A stretch of DNA of 64,000 bases. It comes from an uncultured Desulfospira sp. (lineage in GTDB: Bacteria > Desulfobacterota > Desulfobacteria > Desulfobacterales > Desulfobacteraceae). The stretch lies in assembly GCA_963663165.1 (NCBI GenBank), contig OY760175.1:4480001-4544000 (forward strand), in the 5' to 3' direction. Below are positions 39,311-48,068 of the stretch, piece after piece (within the stretch, counting starts at the first letter, position 1; every line of letters begins with the position of its first letter). The notes under the pieces were generated by a model. The model was given only the letters and a program-made list of their open reading frames with translations. It did no database searches and was not told where the DNA came from. A program made the translations under genes and the position numbers.

Positions 39311-40078
39311 ATGGATTACGAAAATATGCTTTTGGAAAAAGAAGATCATATTGCCATACTCACCTTTAACCGTCCGGATGCAAGAAACGCCGTTAACAAT
39401 CAAGTTAGGGCCGAATTTGCCGCAGCCATTGAAGAAATCGAGGCTGACGACGACATAAGGGTCATGATCCTTACCGGAAAGGGCAAAGCCTTTGCCTCCG
39501 GTGTGGATATCAAGGAGTTCAATCAAACCAAGCCATACCATGCCCATACCTTAATCCGTTTAGGGGAGCGGGTCGAAAAGTTGTCCAAACCGGTGATTGC
39601 TGCGGTCAATGGGTTTTGTCTGGGCGGGGGCAACGAGATTGCCCTGGGCTGCGACATTATCATTGCTTCGGAAAAGGCCAAGTTCGGACAGCCTGAGCTG
39701 AATATCGGTATTATCCCCGGGGGAGGCGCCACCCAGCGCCTGCCCCGGCTGATCGGTCCGTGCAAGGCCAAGGAACTGATCTTCACCAGTGACATCGTTA
39801 CGGCCCAGGAGGCCCTGGGCATGGGAATGATCAATCAGGTGGTCCCCGATGAAGAGCTCCTGGACAAGGCCAGAGAGATGGCCAAAAAAATTGCCAAGAA
39901 AAGCCCGGCTTCCCTGAAACTGGCCAAACAAGCCGTTAATTTTTCCATGCAGTCCAGCCTGGAGTGCGGCCTGAAATTTGAATATGAGCTTTACAGCCTT
40001 TCTCTGGGACTTGAAGACAAGTTCGAGGGGGTTGCGGCCTTTGTTGAAAAAAGAGCCCCGAATTTTGTGGGCCGGTAA
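39311..40078 (+). CDS. Enoyl-CoA hydratase (crotonase family)
   Basis: AFASGVDI, GGGNE, FGQPE, PGGGATQRL; both catalytic Glu present. Confidence 0.93.
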   Translation: MDYENMLLEKEDHIAILTFNRPDARNAVNNQVRAEFAAAIEEIEADDDIRVMILTGKGKAFASGVDIKEFNQTKPYHAHTLIRLGERVEKLSKPVIAAVNGFCLGGGNEIALGCDIIIASEKAKFGQPELNIGIIPGGGATQRLPRLIGPCKAKELIFTSDIVTAQEALGMGMINQVVPDEELLDKAREMAKKIAKKSPASLKLAKQAVNFSMQSSLECGLKFEYELYSLSLGLEDKFEGVAAFVEKRAPNFVGR

Positions 40079-40129
40079 CGGCAGGGTTTTACGGAACAAT
40101 AGTTTAAGCGTGACTAATATAACGGCCAC

Positions 40130-40215
40130 GGGCCGCCTTGGTTATCCAACCAAGCACCGCCCACAACAAATATTGAAAGTCTTCTCAGGACGTTAGTGAG
40201 ACTTTCATATAAATT
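40130..40215. repeat. Dispersed two-hairpin ~85-bp element, copy 1
   Basis: GGGC..TTGGTTATCCAACCAAG..CGCCCACAACAAATATTGAAAGT...ACTTTCATATAAATT; second copy at 42843-42928. Confidence 0.85.
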
Positions 40216-40226
40216 CACTAGGAGGA

Positions 40227-40670
40227 ATGAAACGAATGGAAAACACGTCAAATATGGTAGCCCGGATACCAGGTTTGGTTGACTGGTCCACCGATGAAGT
40301 CAGATTAATCGGCGCAAAATGCAAATCATGCGGAACCTGCTTTTTCCCCAAGGGACATTACCAGCATGCCCCGGGGTGTGCAAGGGAAGGCAACGAAGAC
40401 ATCCTGTTTCCCAATAAAGGCAAACTGGCAAGCTATGTTATTCAGCATTATATGCCCCCGCCACCATTTAAAACAGAAAAGAAAATTGTTCCTTATGCAA
40501 TTGGTCTGGTTGAATTTGAAGATGAAAAAATTCAAATTGCAGGCATCCTTAAGGGTGTTGACCTCAACAACATTGAACTTGGAACTGAAATGGAAACCAC
40601 GACCCTCAAACTGTTTTCCAATGACGAAAAACAGGATGTTGTGACCTGGGCATTTCAGCCGGTAAAATAA
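40227..40670 (+). CDS. DUF35 Zn-ribbon/OB-fold protein (thiolase partner)
   Basis: CKSCGTCFFP..HAPGC, PPPPF, PYAIGLVE, WAFQP; directly upstream of the thiolase. Confidence 0.9.
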   Translation: MKRMENTSNMVARIPGLVDWSTDEVRLIGAKCKSCGTCFFPKGHYQHAPGCAREGNEDILFPNKGKLASYVIQHYMPPPPFKTEKKIVPYAIGLVEFEDEKIQIAGILKGVDLNNIELGTEMETTTLKLFSNDEKQDVVTWAFQPVK

Positions 40671-40706
40671 TTGAATAAACCAATTTCATAAGGAGACATA
40701 TATAAA

Positions 40707-41891
40707 ATGAGAGATGTATATCTTGTTGGAACAGGGATATCGCCATGGCAGGGATTCTCAGAGACCAACTTCAGCGATTTCGGTACCGTAGCCGTTGACA
40801 ACGCCATGAAAGACGCCGGCGTTGACTGGAAAAAAATTGAAGCCATCATGTCCGGGATTTATATCTGGGGCGGCAACGCAGGTCACCTCTCCGGCCAGTA
40901 CCTGGAAAGTATTTTCGGTGAAACCGGCGTACCTGTCGTCAATGTTTACAATGCCTGTGCCACCGGTACCGCCTCTTTGAGAATGGCCTACAACAGCGTT
41001 GCTTCCGGCGAAACCGATACCTGTCTGGCCTATGGTGCCGACGTATCTCCCAAAGGCTTTTTTGGCGCCAAAACCGATGACCCCACCCAGGACCGTGACG
41101 TTATCCGGTGGAAAATGGTCGGTATGCCCAACCCGGTTTTCTGGGCCCTGGAATGCCGCAAAAGAATGGCCAAATACGGTACCACCGAGGAAGATCTGGC
41201 CAGAGTCAAGGTGATCATGAGTAAATACGGTAACATGAACCCCATGGCCCGGTTTAAAAAAGCCTATACCATTGAAGAAGTACTCAATTCCGCATATGTT
41301 TGCGATCCTTTAAGACTTTACATGATCTGCCCGGTTTCCACCGGTGCTGCCGCTTGTATCGTTACCGCCGACAAGGACCTCATTGCCAAGGCCGACAAAC
41401 CGGTTAAGATCAATGCCGTTACCATGGGTTCCGCCATGTACGGCGATCCCACCATCCGCATAGGTGTGGTGTCCTGCCCGGCCGGCAACAATGCCCCCAT
41501 GCTCAGTGAGAGCTATGCGGCTTCTCACAAATGCTATGAAAAAGCCGGTATCGGACCTGACGAGATCGAATATCTCGAACTTCCCGATAACAGCTCCTGG
41601 CATTACCTGGTATACCTCGAAACCTGCGGATTCTGCAAAGAAGGTGAAGCCGACAAGATGCTGCGCGACGGTGAAACCGAGATCGACGGCAGACTGCCCA
41701 CCAACCTGAGCGGCGGATTCTCCTCCCATGGTGAAGCCGTGGCTGCCCAGGCCCTGTGGCAGGTCATTGAATGTTCTGACCAGCTCAGGAAAAGAGCCGG
41801 CAACCGTCAGGTTCCCAAAGACATCAAGGTTGCCATGGCCCAGACTTACGGCCTTATGGGCAACAGCGGTACCACCATTATGAGCATCTAA
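40707..41891 (+). CDS. Thiolase-family protein (SCP-x / lipid-transfer-protein type)
   Basis: VVNVYNACATG, NPMARF, DPLRLYMICPVSTGAAA, LPTNLSGG, QLR..AG.RQV. Confidence 0.9.
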   Translation: MRDVYLVGTGISPWQGFSETNFSDFGTVAVDNAMKDAGVDWKKIEAIMSGIYIWGGNAGHLSGQYLESIFGETGVPVVNVYNACATGTASLRMAYNSVASGETDTCLAYGADVSPKGFFGAKTDDPTQDRDVIRWKMVGMPNPVFWALECRKRMAKYGTTEEDLARVKVIMSKYGNMNPMARFKKAYTIEEVLNSAYVCDPLRLYMICPVSTGAAACIVTADKDLIAKADKPVKINAVTMGSAMYGDPTIRIGVVSCPAGNNAPMLSESYAASHKCYEKAGIGPDEIEYLELPDNSSWHYLVYLETCGFCKEGEADKMLRDGETEIDGRLPTNLSGGFSSHGEAVAAQALWQVIECSDQLRKRAGNRQVPKDIKVAMAQTYGLMGNSGTTIMSI

Positions 41892-41924
41892 TACATCCCT
41901 TCACGGGAAAGTTGTCATAATATT

Positions 41925-41954
41925 AAAGGGGCGCAAATTTTTGCGCCCCTTTTT
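41925..41954 (+). terminator. Intrinsic terminator
   Basis: AAAGGGGCGCAAA-T-TTTTGCGCCCCTTTTT after the thiolase gene. Confidence 0.85.
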
Positions 41955-42054
41955 ATTTGCTGACTCGATTCCCGGAAAATCTAAGCGTAAGCATTTAAAC
42001 ATGAAATCTCGAGCATTCGGTTTGATATTTCATGTTTCAATGGCCTTTTTCCAC

Positions 42055-42774
42055 TTATTCCTGAATCTGGTAAGCGGTCAGCTCGTAAATTGTACCGCCA
42101 CTTGAACTGGTGGATTCATATACCCGCTTTACCCATCCTATCCCGGGCGCATACCAACGGATCATGGAGGTAGTTTGGTTGCCGCGGTTGATCAAGATTT
42201 TAATGCAGTTTTGGAACGTTCCTGCCGGGACGGTAACATCCTCAATTCCCAGCAGGGTAAGCGTCCATACATTTACAGTGCTGCCTTGGGGTTCTTCTTC
42301 GAAATACTCTAACGTAGATACAAAGTGTCCACCCCAGGATTCTCCAATCCGTTTGGTAACATCCGGCAGCGTTTCAATCGATGACGGATTGTAGGTGCGT
42401 GTACCGTACAAGGTGTCTTCAGAATCATAATACTCTTCCCTGTCATCATAGTATTTAGTGCTGCTGCCATTTTCATAAGTCCATGTTGCAACATTTTCCC
42501 CACTGGTTACCGTTAAGGTGGTGTCGTAATACCAAGGGGCTTCTTTTGTGAATCTCCGGATGTTGACGGTTTTAACCATTCCGGATGGGGCGCGGTAGTC
42601 TTCAAGGTTAACGGTAGAAGTGCTGCACCCCGTACTCCCAAAATTCAGGGCCAGCTCAGACAAATCCTTGGCATCCACGTCACCATCCAAGTCAATATCC
42701 CCCGGGCATTCAGACCAGGCCGGCGGCGACAAAAAAATCATGACGGCAAGACCAAAAAAGAAAAACGACTTCAT
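42055..42774 (-). CDS. Secreted protein with N-terminal dockerin-like Ca-binding motif and beta-rich domain
   Basis: Signal peptide; CPGDIDLDGDVDAKDLSELALNFG...C; C-terminal EDVTVPAGTF..CIKI..WYAPGIGWVK; GGAGG RBS. Confidence 0.8.
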   Translation of the reverse strand: MKSFFFFGLAVMIFLSPPAWSECPGDIDLDGDVDAKDLSELALNFGSTGCSTSTVNLEDYRAPSGMVKTVNIRRFTKEAPWYYDTTLTVTSGENVATWTYENGSSTKYYDDREEYYDSEDTLYGTRTYNPSSIETLPDVTKRIGESWGGHFVSTLEYFEEEPQGSTVNVWTLTLLGIEDVTVPAGTFQNCIKILINRGNQTTSMIRWYAPGIGWVKRVYESTSSSGGTIYELTAYQIQE

Positions 42775-42842
42775 AGCACCCTCCTTGTTTGTGATTGGTT
42801 ACAGATTTTTATATAACAGCCATACCCTAAAGGGCAGAAACC

Positions 42843-42928
42843 GGGCTGATTTGGTTATCCAACCAAGATCCGCCCACAACAAATATTGAAAGTATTTACG
42901 GGTAGTTAGTGATACTTTCATATAAATT
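42843..42928. repeat. Dispersed two-hairpin ~85-bp element, copy 2
   Basis: Homologous to 40130-40215 with a compensatory stem change. Confidence 0.85.
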
Positions 42929-43106
42929 ACAAATGATTATGTCCGGATATAGGATAAGAATTTCCTCGTTGTCAACCCCTTTTTGACCCCCAGCCGAATT
43001 TCAGGCAATGCCTGCCCTTGACAAAATTATGGGAAAGAGTTAATTTTGTGGCAGAATGCGACAAAGTTTAGCGGTTAGCATCATAATTGGGAGGAAGGAG
43101 GACGGT

Positions 43107-43511
43107 ATGGCCACAAAATCAATCAGAATCAGTGAACAGCTGGCTTTCCAGGCACAGGCAGCCGGAGCCCTTTATCACCGGAGCATCCCTAATCAGTTGG
43201 AGTATTGGGCAACCCTGGGGAAGATGATATCCAGCAAAATTAATATGGAAGATGCCCTGGCTGTTTTGCAGGGTTTAAAAACCGTGAAAGTTGAGGCCGT
43301 ACCCTCTGCCCCGGTTGATCCTGATGCGGTCTTTGAGCAGCTTGAATCTGACCGGACCACAGGTTTTAACGGCAAACCCGTGACAGGTGCCCCTGTTTTT
43401 TATGAGGCAAGTCTCTCTAAACCCGGCTGCATTGACCAGGTGAATACACAAACCGGAGAAAGGAACACCGGCCGGTTCCGGAATGGCGTGTTTGAGGCCG
43501 CCGATGCCTGA
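43107..43511 (+). CDS. ParD-like (RHH) antitoxin-family protein
   Basis: MATKSIRISEQL..A......RSIPNQLEYWATLGK; AGGAGG RBS before ATG 43107. Confidence 0.75.
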   Translation: MATKSIRISEQLAFQAQAAGALYHRSIPNQLEYWATLGKMISSKINMEDALAVLQGLKTVKVEAVPSAPVDPDAVFEQLESDRTTGFNGKPVTGAPVFYEASLSKPGCIDQVNTQTGERNTGRFRNGVFEAADA

Positions 43512-44082
43512 AGAAAAACAACTTTGGCTTTTGGCCGGTGCAAACGGGGCCGGCAAATCTACCTTTTACAAACAGTATCTGTCAAAACATGGTATTCAAT
43601 TTGTCAATGCCGATTTGATCGCCAGGGAAATTGATCTGGATAACCCGGAAACCGTCAGCTATGAGGCGGCCAATGCGGCGGCAGGCATCCGTTCGGAAAT
43701 GCTGGATCAGGGGGCTTCATTCTGTTTTGAAACCGTATTTTCCCATCCTTCAAAAATCGAATTTATCCAGCAGGCTAAAAATAAACAGTATGATATAGTT
43801 CTGGTTTATATTCACCTGATAAATCCAGAGTTGAATGAAGCCCGTGTTCATCAAAGAACCCTTGAAGGCGGCCACAATGTCCCTACCCAAAAGATTTATT
43901 CCAGGATTCCAAGAACGATAAAACACATCAAGGAGGCATTGACCCTGGTAAACCAGGCCTGGATTTTAGACAATTCATCAGAAAAGGACCGCTTCAAACA
44001 AATTGCTGTAATGAAAAACGGTCGGTTTGAATTCAAGGTCCATCCATTGCCGGAATGGATAAATGAGATTCTGCCATGGTGA
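43504..44082 (+). CDS. Zeta-toxin-like P-loop kinase/ATPase
   Basis: Walker A AGANGAGKST, FVNADLIA, FETVFSH, RV..R...GGHNVP, LDNS; overlaps the upstream gene by 8 bp. Confidence 0.85.
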   Translation: MPEEKQLWLLAGANGAGKSTFYKQYLSKHGIQFVNADLIAREIDLDNPETVSYEAANAAAGIRSEMLDQGASFCFETVFSHPSKIEFIQQAKNKQYDIVLVYIHLINPELNEARVHQRTLEGGHNVPTQKIYSRIPRTIKHIKEALTLVNQAWILDNSSEKDRFKQIAVMKNGRFEFKVHPLPEWINEILPW

Positions 44083-44198
44083 AACCCTTAATCTGATCCT
44101 GGAATCCTTTGAATTTAAATCCCAGGGGCATCATGTCTAATTATTGATCGACAATTTATCTCCAATATTATATTCAACAGGGAGACGCAGGTATTCAT

Positions 44199-45518
44199 AT
44201 GCCAAATGCAAAAATGGTTAAAGAGAGAACGAAAATTACATCCGGGCTGGACGGCCTGGACCGGATCATCACAGGACTTTACATCGGGGACAATGTTCTC
44301 TGGCACGATGTGGCCGGGACCCTGGCCCTGGATTTCTGCCTTGAATTTATCCGGTCGTCAAGGGCGCAAAACAAATCCATTGTCTATGTCTCCTTTGACC
44401 GGTCACCTAAAAACCTCATCGAAAAACTGGGAAAGCTTGCCGAAAATCAGCAGCTGACCGTTCTGGACTGCTTTACCAACGGCAAGGGCGACAATGCGCA
44501 GATTTTTAACAAGTTTTACGAAAAAGACGGGGCCCAGTGGCCTTACCAGGTGATCAAAATCACCCATCCGGAAAATCCAGATGCGGTATTGGAAGCCATT
44601 CTCGGGCTTCATAAAACCCTGGTCAACGATGTCCGGTTTGTTTTTGAAAGCCTGACCGGTATGGCTGACTTATGGGGGGGCGAAGACAAGGTGATCAGGT
44701 TTTATTCGCACACCTGCCCCAGGCTTTATGAACTGGACACCATTGCCTACTGGATACTGGAAAAAGAAGCCCATTCCAACCGCCTTAAGGCCCATATCAA
44801 CCAGATTGCCCAGGTGGTGATCGACCTGTCCATAGATCAGGGCCATACCTGCCTGACGGTGATTAAAACGGAAAACCGTTCCCCCGGGATTCTGGGAAAA
44901 CCCCTTTGCTATTCGTTTGAAGAAAATGAGTTCCTGGTTGAAGAGGACGCGCAGTCCCCTGTCCAGAATGATCTTGGCGGGATTATCCGGGGGGTCCGGA
45001 AAAGTCAGGGCATGTCCCAGAAGGAGCTGGCCGGGCTGGTGGGGGTGACCCCGAGCAATATCTCCCAGATTGAAACCAATCAGGTGTTTCCCTCAATCCC
45101 GGCGCTGTATAAAATTGCCACACACCTTTCCGTCCACGTGGGCTCTTTTTTTCAGGATCCGGCCAGGATTGACAGCGTGGCATTCCATCCCGGGCAGAAA
45201 ATTGCGGTCCAGATGTCAAAGGGGTTTGAAAAGAAACTGGAAATCTACCAGCTGACCCCCTTTGATTTTAAGGGAAAAGCCCAGGTGTTTGAGGTCATTA
45301 TTTACCCTGGGGCCAAAATCAATTCTCATTTTTTTCAGTACAAGGGAGAAGAAATCGGCTGCCTGACATCGGGAAACATTCAGATGGTCTACCAGGAGCA
45401 GCGGCATGACCTTGAACCGGGGCACACCGTTTATTTCAGGACAGACACCCCGTCACAGTGGATCAACAGGACCAAAGATGCCGTAAGAATGATATGGATA
45501 ACCCTTAAGGTTAATTAG
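44199..45518 (+). CDS. XRE-family regulator: degenerate KaiC/RecA-like domain + HTH + cupin
   Basis: ITSGLDGLDRIITGL (RecA/KaiC-like start, no GKT); HTH MSQKELAGLVGVTPSNISQIE; cupin KGEEIGCLTSG..L.PG.TVYF. Confidence 0.82.
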   Translation: MPNAKMVKERTKITSGLDGLDRIITGLYIGDNVLWHDVAGTLALDFCLEFIRSSRAQNKSIVYVSFDRSPKNLIEKLGKLAENQQLTVLDCFTNGKGDNAQIFNKFYEKDGAQWPYQVIKITHPENPDAVLEAILGLHKTLVNDVRFVFESLTGMADLWGGEDKVIRFYSHTCPRLYELDTIAYWILEKEAHSNRLKAHINQIAQVVIDLSIDQGHTCLTVIKTENRSPGILGKPLCYSFEENEFLVEEDAQSPVQNDLGGIIRGVRKSQGMSQKELAGLVGVTPSNISQIETNQVFPSIPALYKIATHLSVHVGSFFQDPARIDSVAFHPGQKIAVQMSKGFEKKLEIYQLTPFDFKGKAQVFEVIIYPGAKINSHFFQYKGEEIGCLTSGNIQMVYQEQRHDLEPGHTVYFRTDTPSQWINRTKDAVRMIWITLKVN

Positions 45519-45640
45519 TGCTTGAACGGTTCGATAGGGGAGCGTCAGCTCACAAAGTTATCTATCTGCCAGGGAAATCGCATGAAAAAAAAATGGTCCC
45601 CGATGAGTATCATTTACATATGCATTCAGGGTCCGGACCC

Positions 45641-45804
45641 CTCTGTGGTGTTTGGCGGAAGCCAAACCTTGGTGCCCTCTGTGGTTTAAAAATATGAAAT
45701 CCCGAAGGGGTTGAATTATTCTTCTTTAACCTCCTGGTTTTATAAATTGTGGGCTTCGTCCACTCTTTAAATTTAACCACAGATGGGCACAGAGAAGCAC
45801 AGAG
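45641..45804. repeat. Degenerate inverted-repeat element (CTCTGTG / CACAGAG family)
   Basis: GTGCCCTCTGTGGTTTAAA (45672-45690) pairs with TTTAACCACAGATGGGCAC (45772-45790); additional CACAGAG units. Confidence 0.6.
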
Positions 45805-45899
45805 TTTCAGTGCTGCGCACTGAAATTGCATTCAGTAAGTTTAAACGGCAGGCAACTTTTCGCCCAAACACGGGTTTTCCTTCATGCACACAAATTAGA

Positions 45900-45932
45900 A
45901 CCGGATATTTCATGATTCATGAAATATCCGGT
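45900..45932. terminator. Near-perfect palindrome downstream of the glutamate synthase-like gene
   Basis: ACCGGATATTTCATGA-T-TCATGAAATATCCGGT, 16-bp arms. Confidence 0.6.
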
Positions 45933-45960
45933 CGGTACAATAATTGAGAACTCTAACAGC

Positions 45961-47619
45961 TTAGGAGTTCAGGATTTTTTTGGCGCTTTCGTTGTTCACA
46001 TCTGCCAGATGGGGAATGCCGGTTTCAAACGCGGTTTCCCGGTTTGCCGAGAACAGTTCGTTTCTGGTGATCTGGTTTAATGAAAATTTCCTGGCCCCGG
46101 CCATCAGCTGCTGCAGGCCGCAGCCAAGCTTGTCGGCAAGGGTATAGAAGGCAATGGCGCCATAGGGAATCTGGCTCATTTCATCCTTGCCCAGTTTCTT
46201 TTCAAGGTCGTGGTAACCGGCAAAAATTTCATCAGCGGTTTTCCCCACTTCCAGAACGGTCTTGGGAAGCTCGTTCCAGTTGCCGTTCACACTGGCTCTC
46301 CGGTCAGGATAAATGGCTCCTTCAATATTGGCCCCGAGAAATCCCGGAATCATGATGGCCCGGCCCATACAGACCAGTTTGGTGTAAGGGGCGCCAAGGG
46401 CCAGGGCTTTAAAAATGTGGTCTTCCAGGGCAAAACCGCCGGCAAAGGACATGTCCACCACCTGTCTTCCTTTAGAGGACAGAATGCTCGCATATTCATG
46501 GGCTTTGGCGTGCAGGTTGATGGAAGGGACCCCCCAGCTTTGCATCATGTTCCAGGGGCTCATACCGGTTCCCCCGCCGGATCCGTCAATGGTCAGAAGG
46601 TCAAGCTGGGCATCGGTTGAAAATTTAATGGCCATGGCCAGCTCTTCCATGCCGTAGGAGCCTGTTTTCAGGGTGACCCGTTCAAATCCCAGCCCCCGCA
46701 GGTATTCCACGGCATTCATGAAGCCTTCCTGGACCTGGGCCACCGTGGACAAATGGGTTGCCCCCAAGCGGCTGTGCCGGGCAAAAGATTTGATGGCGCC
46801 CTGTTCAAAGGCCTGCTGGACCTCGGGGATGGAGGGATCCGGGTCAACCACATACCCTCTTTCTTTGAGGAACAGCGCATAATCAAGACTTCTGACCTGG
46901 ATTTCGCCGCCAATGTTTTTGGCGCCCTGGCCCCATTTAAGTTCAATGATACACTTGTCCCCATACTTGTCGGCCACATATTCGGCAACGCCGTTCCGGG
47001 TGTCTTCCACGTTGAGCTGGACAATGATGGCCCCGTATTGGTCATAGTATCTCAGATAGGTTTCGATTCTCCGGTCAAGTTCAGGCGCGCTGACGATTTT
47101 GCCTTTTTTGCTCTGCTGGGGGCCGATTTCCGAATTCCGGTCCACGCCCACCACATTTTCCCCGATCACAACGGGAATCCCCACCAGGGCGCCGCCGATG
47201 GCAAAGGAATCCCAATACTTTTCAGCAATGAATGTCGATCCCAAAGCACCGGTCATCAAGGGCATCCGGATTTTGGTTTTGATGTTTTTGCCAAACTCGG
47301 TTTCCAGGCTGACATTGGGGAAAATACAGTCATCCGGGCTGTTGGTCAGATCCGGGCCCATTCCGGATGCGCCATAGGCATATCCTTGTATTCTCAAGGC
47401 ATTATAGGACACCCCCACATGGGTGGTGTTGTTAGCACCTGCCGTGACCAGGCCGAAACTTCTCGGGTAGAGCAGTTTGCGCCCCACCATGGAAGACTGC
47501 CAGGTCTCACACTTGCCCTGGCAGTCTGCCCGGCAAAGGGTGCAAAGGCTTGACTCACATGGATTACCCCGGTTTTTAGTTCCCAGGACATCGTTTCCTT
47601 TAGAAAATCTCATCTCCAT
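45961..47619 (-). CDS. Stand-alone FMN-binding glutamate synthase family protein with N-terminal Cys cluster
   Basis: CESSLCTLCRADCQGKCE; TGALGS, IELKWGQGAK..GG, IDGSGGGTG, AGG, KALALGA; GGAGG RBS. Confidence 0.9.
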   Translation of the reverse strand: MEMRFSKGNDVLGTKNRGNPCESSLCTLCRADCQGKCETWQSSMVGRKLLYPRSFGLVTAGANNTTHVGVSYNALRIQGYAYGASGMGPDLTNSPDDCIFPNVSLETEFGKNIKTKIRMPLMTGALGSTFIAEKYWDSFAIGGALVGIPVVIGENVVGVDRNSEIGPQQSKKGKIVSAPELDRRIETYLRYYDQYGAIIVQLNVEDTRNGVAEYVADKYGDKCIIELKWGQGAKNIGGEIQVRSLDYALFLKERGYVVDPDPSIPEVQQAFEQGAIKSFARHSRLGATHLSTVAQVQEGFMNAVEYLRGLGFERVTLKTGSYGMEELAMAIKFSTDAQLDLLTIDGSGGGTGMSPWNMMQSWGVPSINLHAKAHEYASILSSKGRQVVDMSFAGGFALEDHIFKALALGAPYTKLVCMGRAIMIPGFLGANIEGAIYPDRRASVNGNWNELPKTVLEVGKTADEIFAGYHDLEKKLGKDEMSQIPYGAIAFYTLADKLGCGLQQLMAGARKFSLNQITRNELFSANRETAFETGIPHLADVNNESAKKILNS

Positions 47620-47809
47620 TTTTCAACCTCCTTTTGTTTAATCATCAGCTAAAAATACTTGGTGAAGTATCCGGGTAGAGGTAGAAATATCCCGGGGGGG
47701 CGCTTTATGTCAACTTAATTATTTTATAAATTTTTAAATATACTTATATTAAACTCGAAAAATATAAATAAAGATTATTTTATATGAAATTTTCCATGTA
47801 AAGAGTTAC

Positions 47810-47908
47810 AAAAAAACTCACATAAAGGCACAAAGACGCAAAGCTCAAATGGCTTTGGGGGAATGCTATTCTTTGCGCTCTTTCGTGAGAATATAAAAAA
47901 GAGGGCGA
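47810..47908 (-). repeat. Dispersed palindromic ~100-bp element, copy 2
   Basis: Reverse complement reads TCGCCCTCTTTTTTATATTCTCACGAAAG...CAAAGAATA...CTTTGCG...GTGAGTTTTTTT, matching 4457-4554. Confidence 0.8.
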
Positions 47909-48068
47909 AACCCTCAATTTTACCACCACGGCAAGCGCTTTGATTTTGTAGAAAAACCCGTTGAAAAGGGCTGCGAATAAAATTCCTGATGACAATTCAA
48001 TTTGCCGGGGGATTTGCCTTGCGCGGCCCCCGGCAGGTTGAATTGAGGAACAAATACTGGGCCTGTGA

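Noticed and set aside
40227..41891. Calling the DUF35/thiolase pair bbsAB (anaerobic toluene pathway)
   Set aside because: No other bbs or bss genes are present, and the active-site motifs differ; only family-level support.
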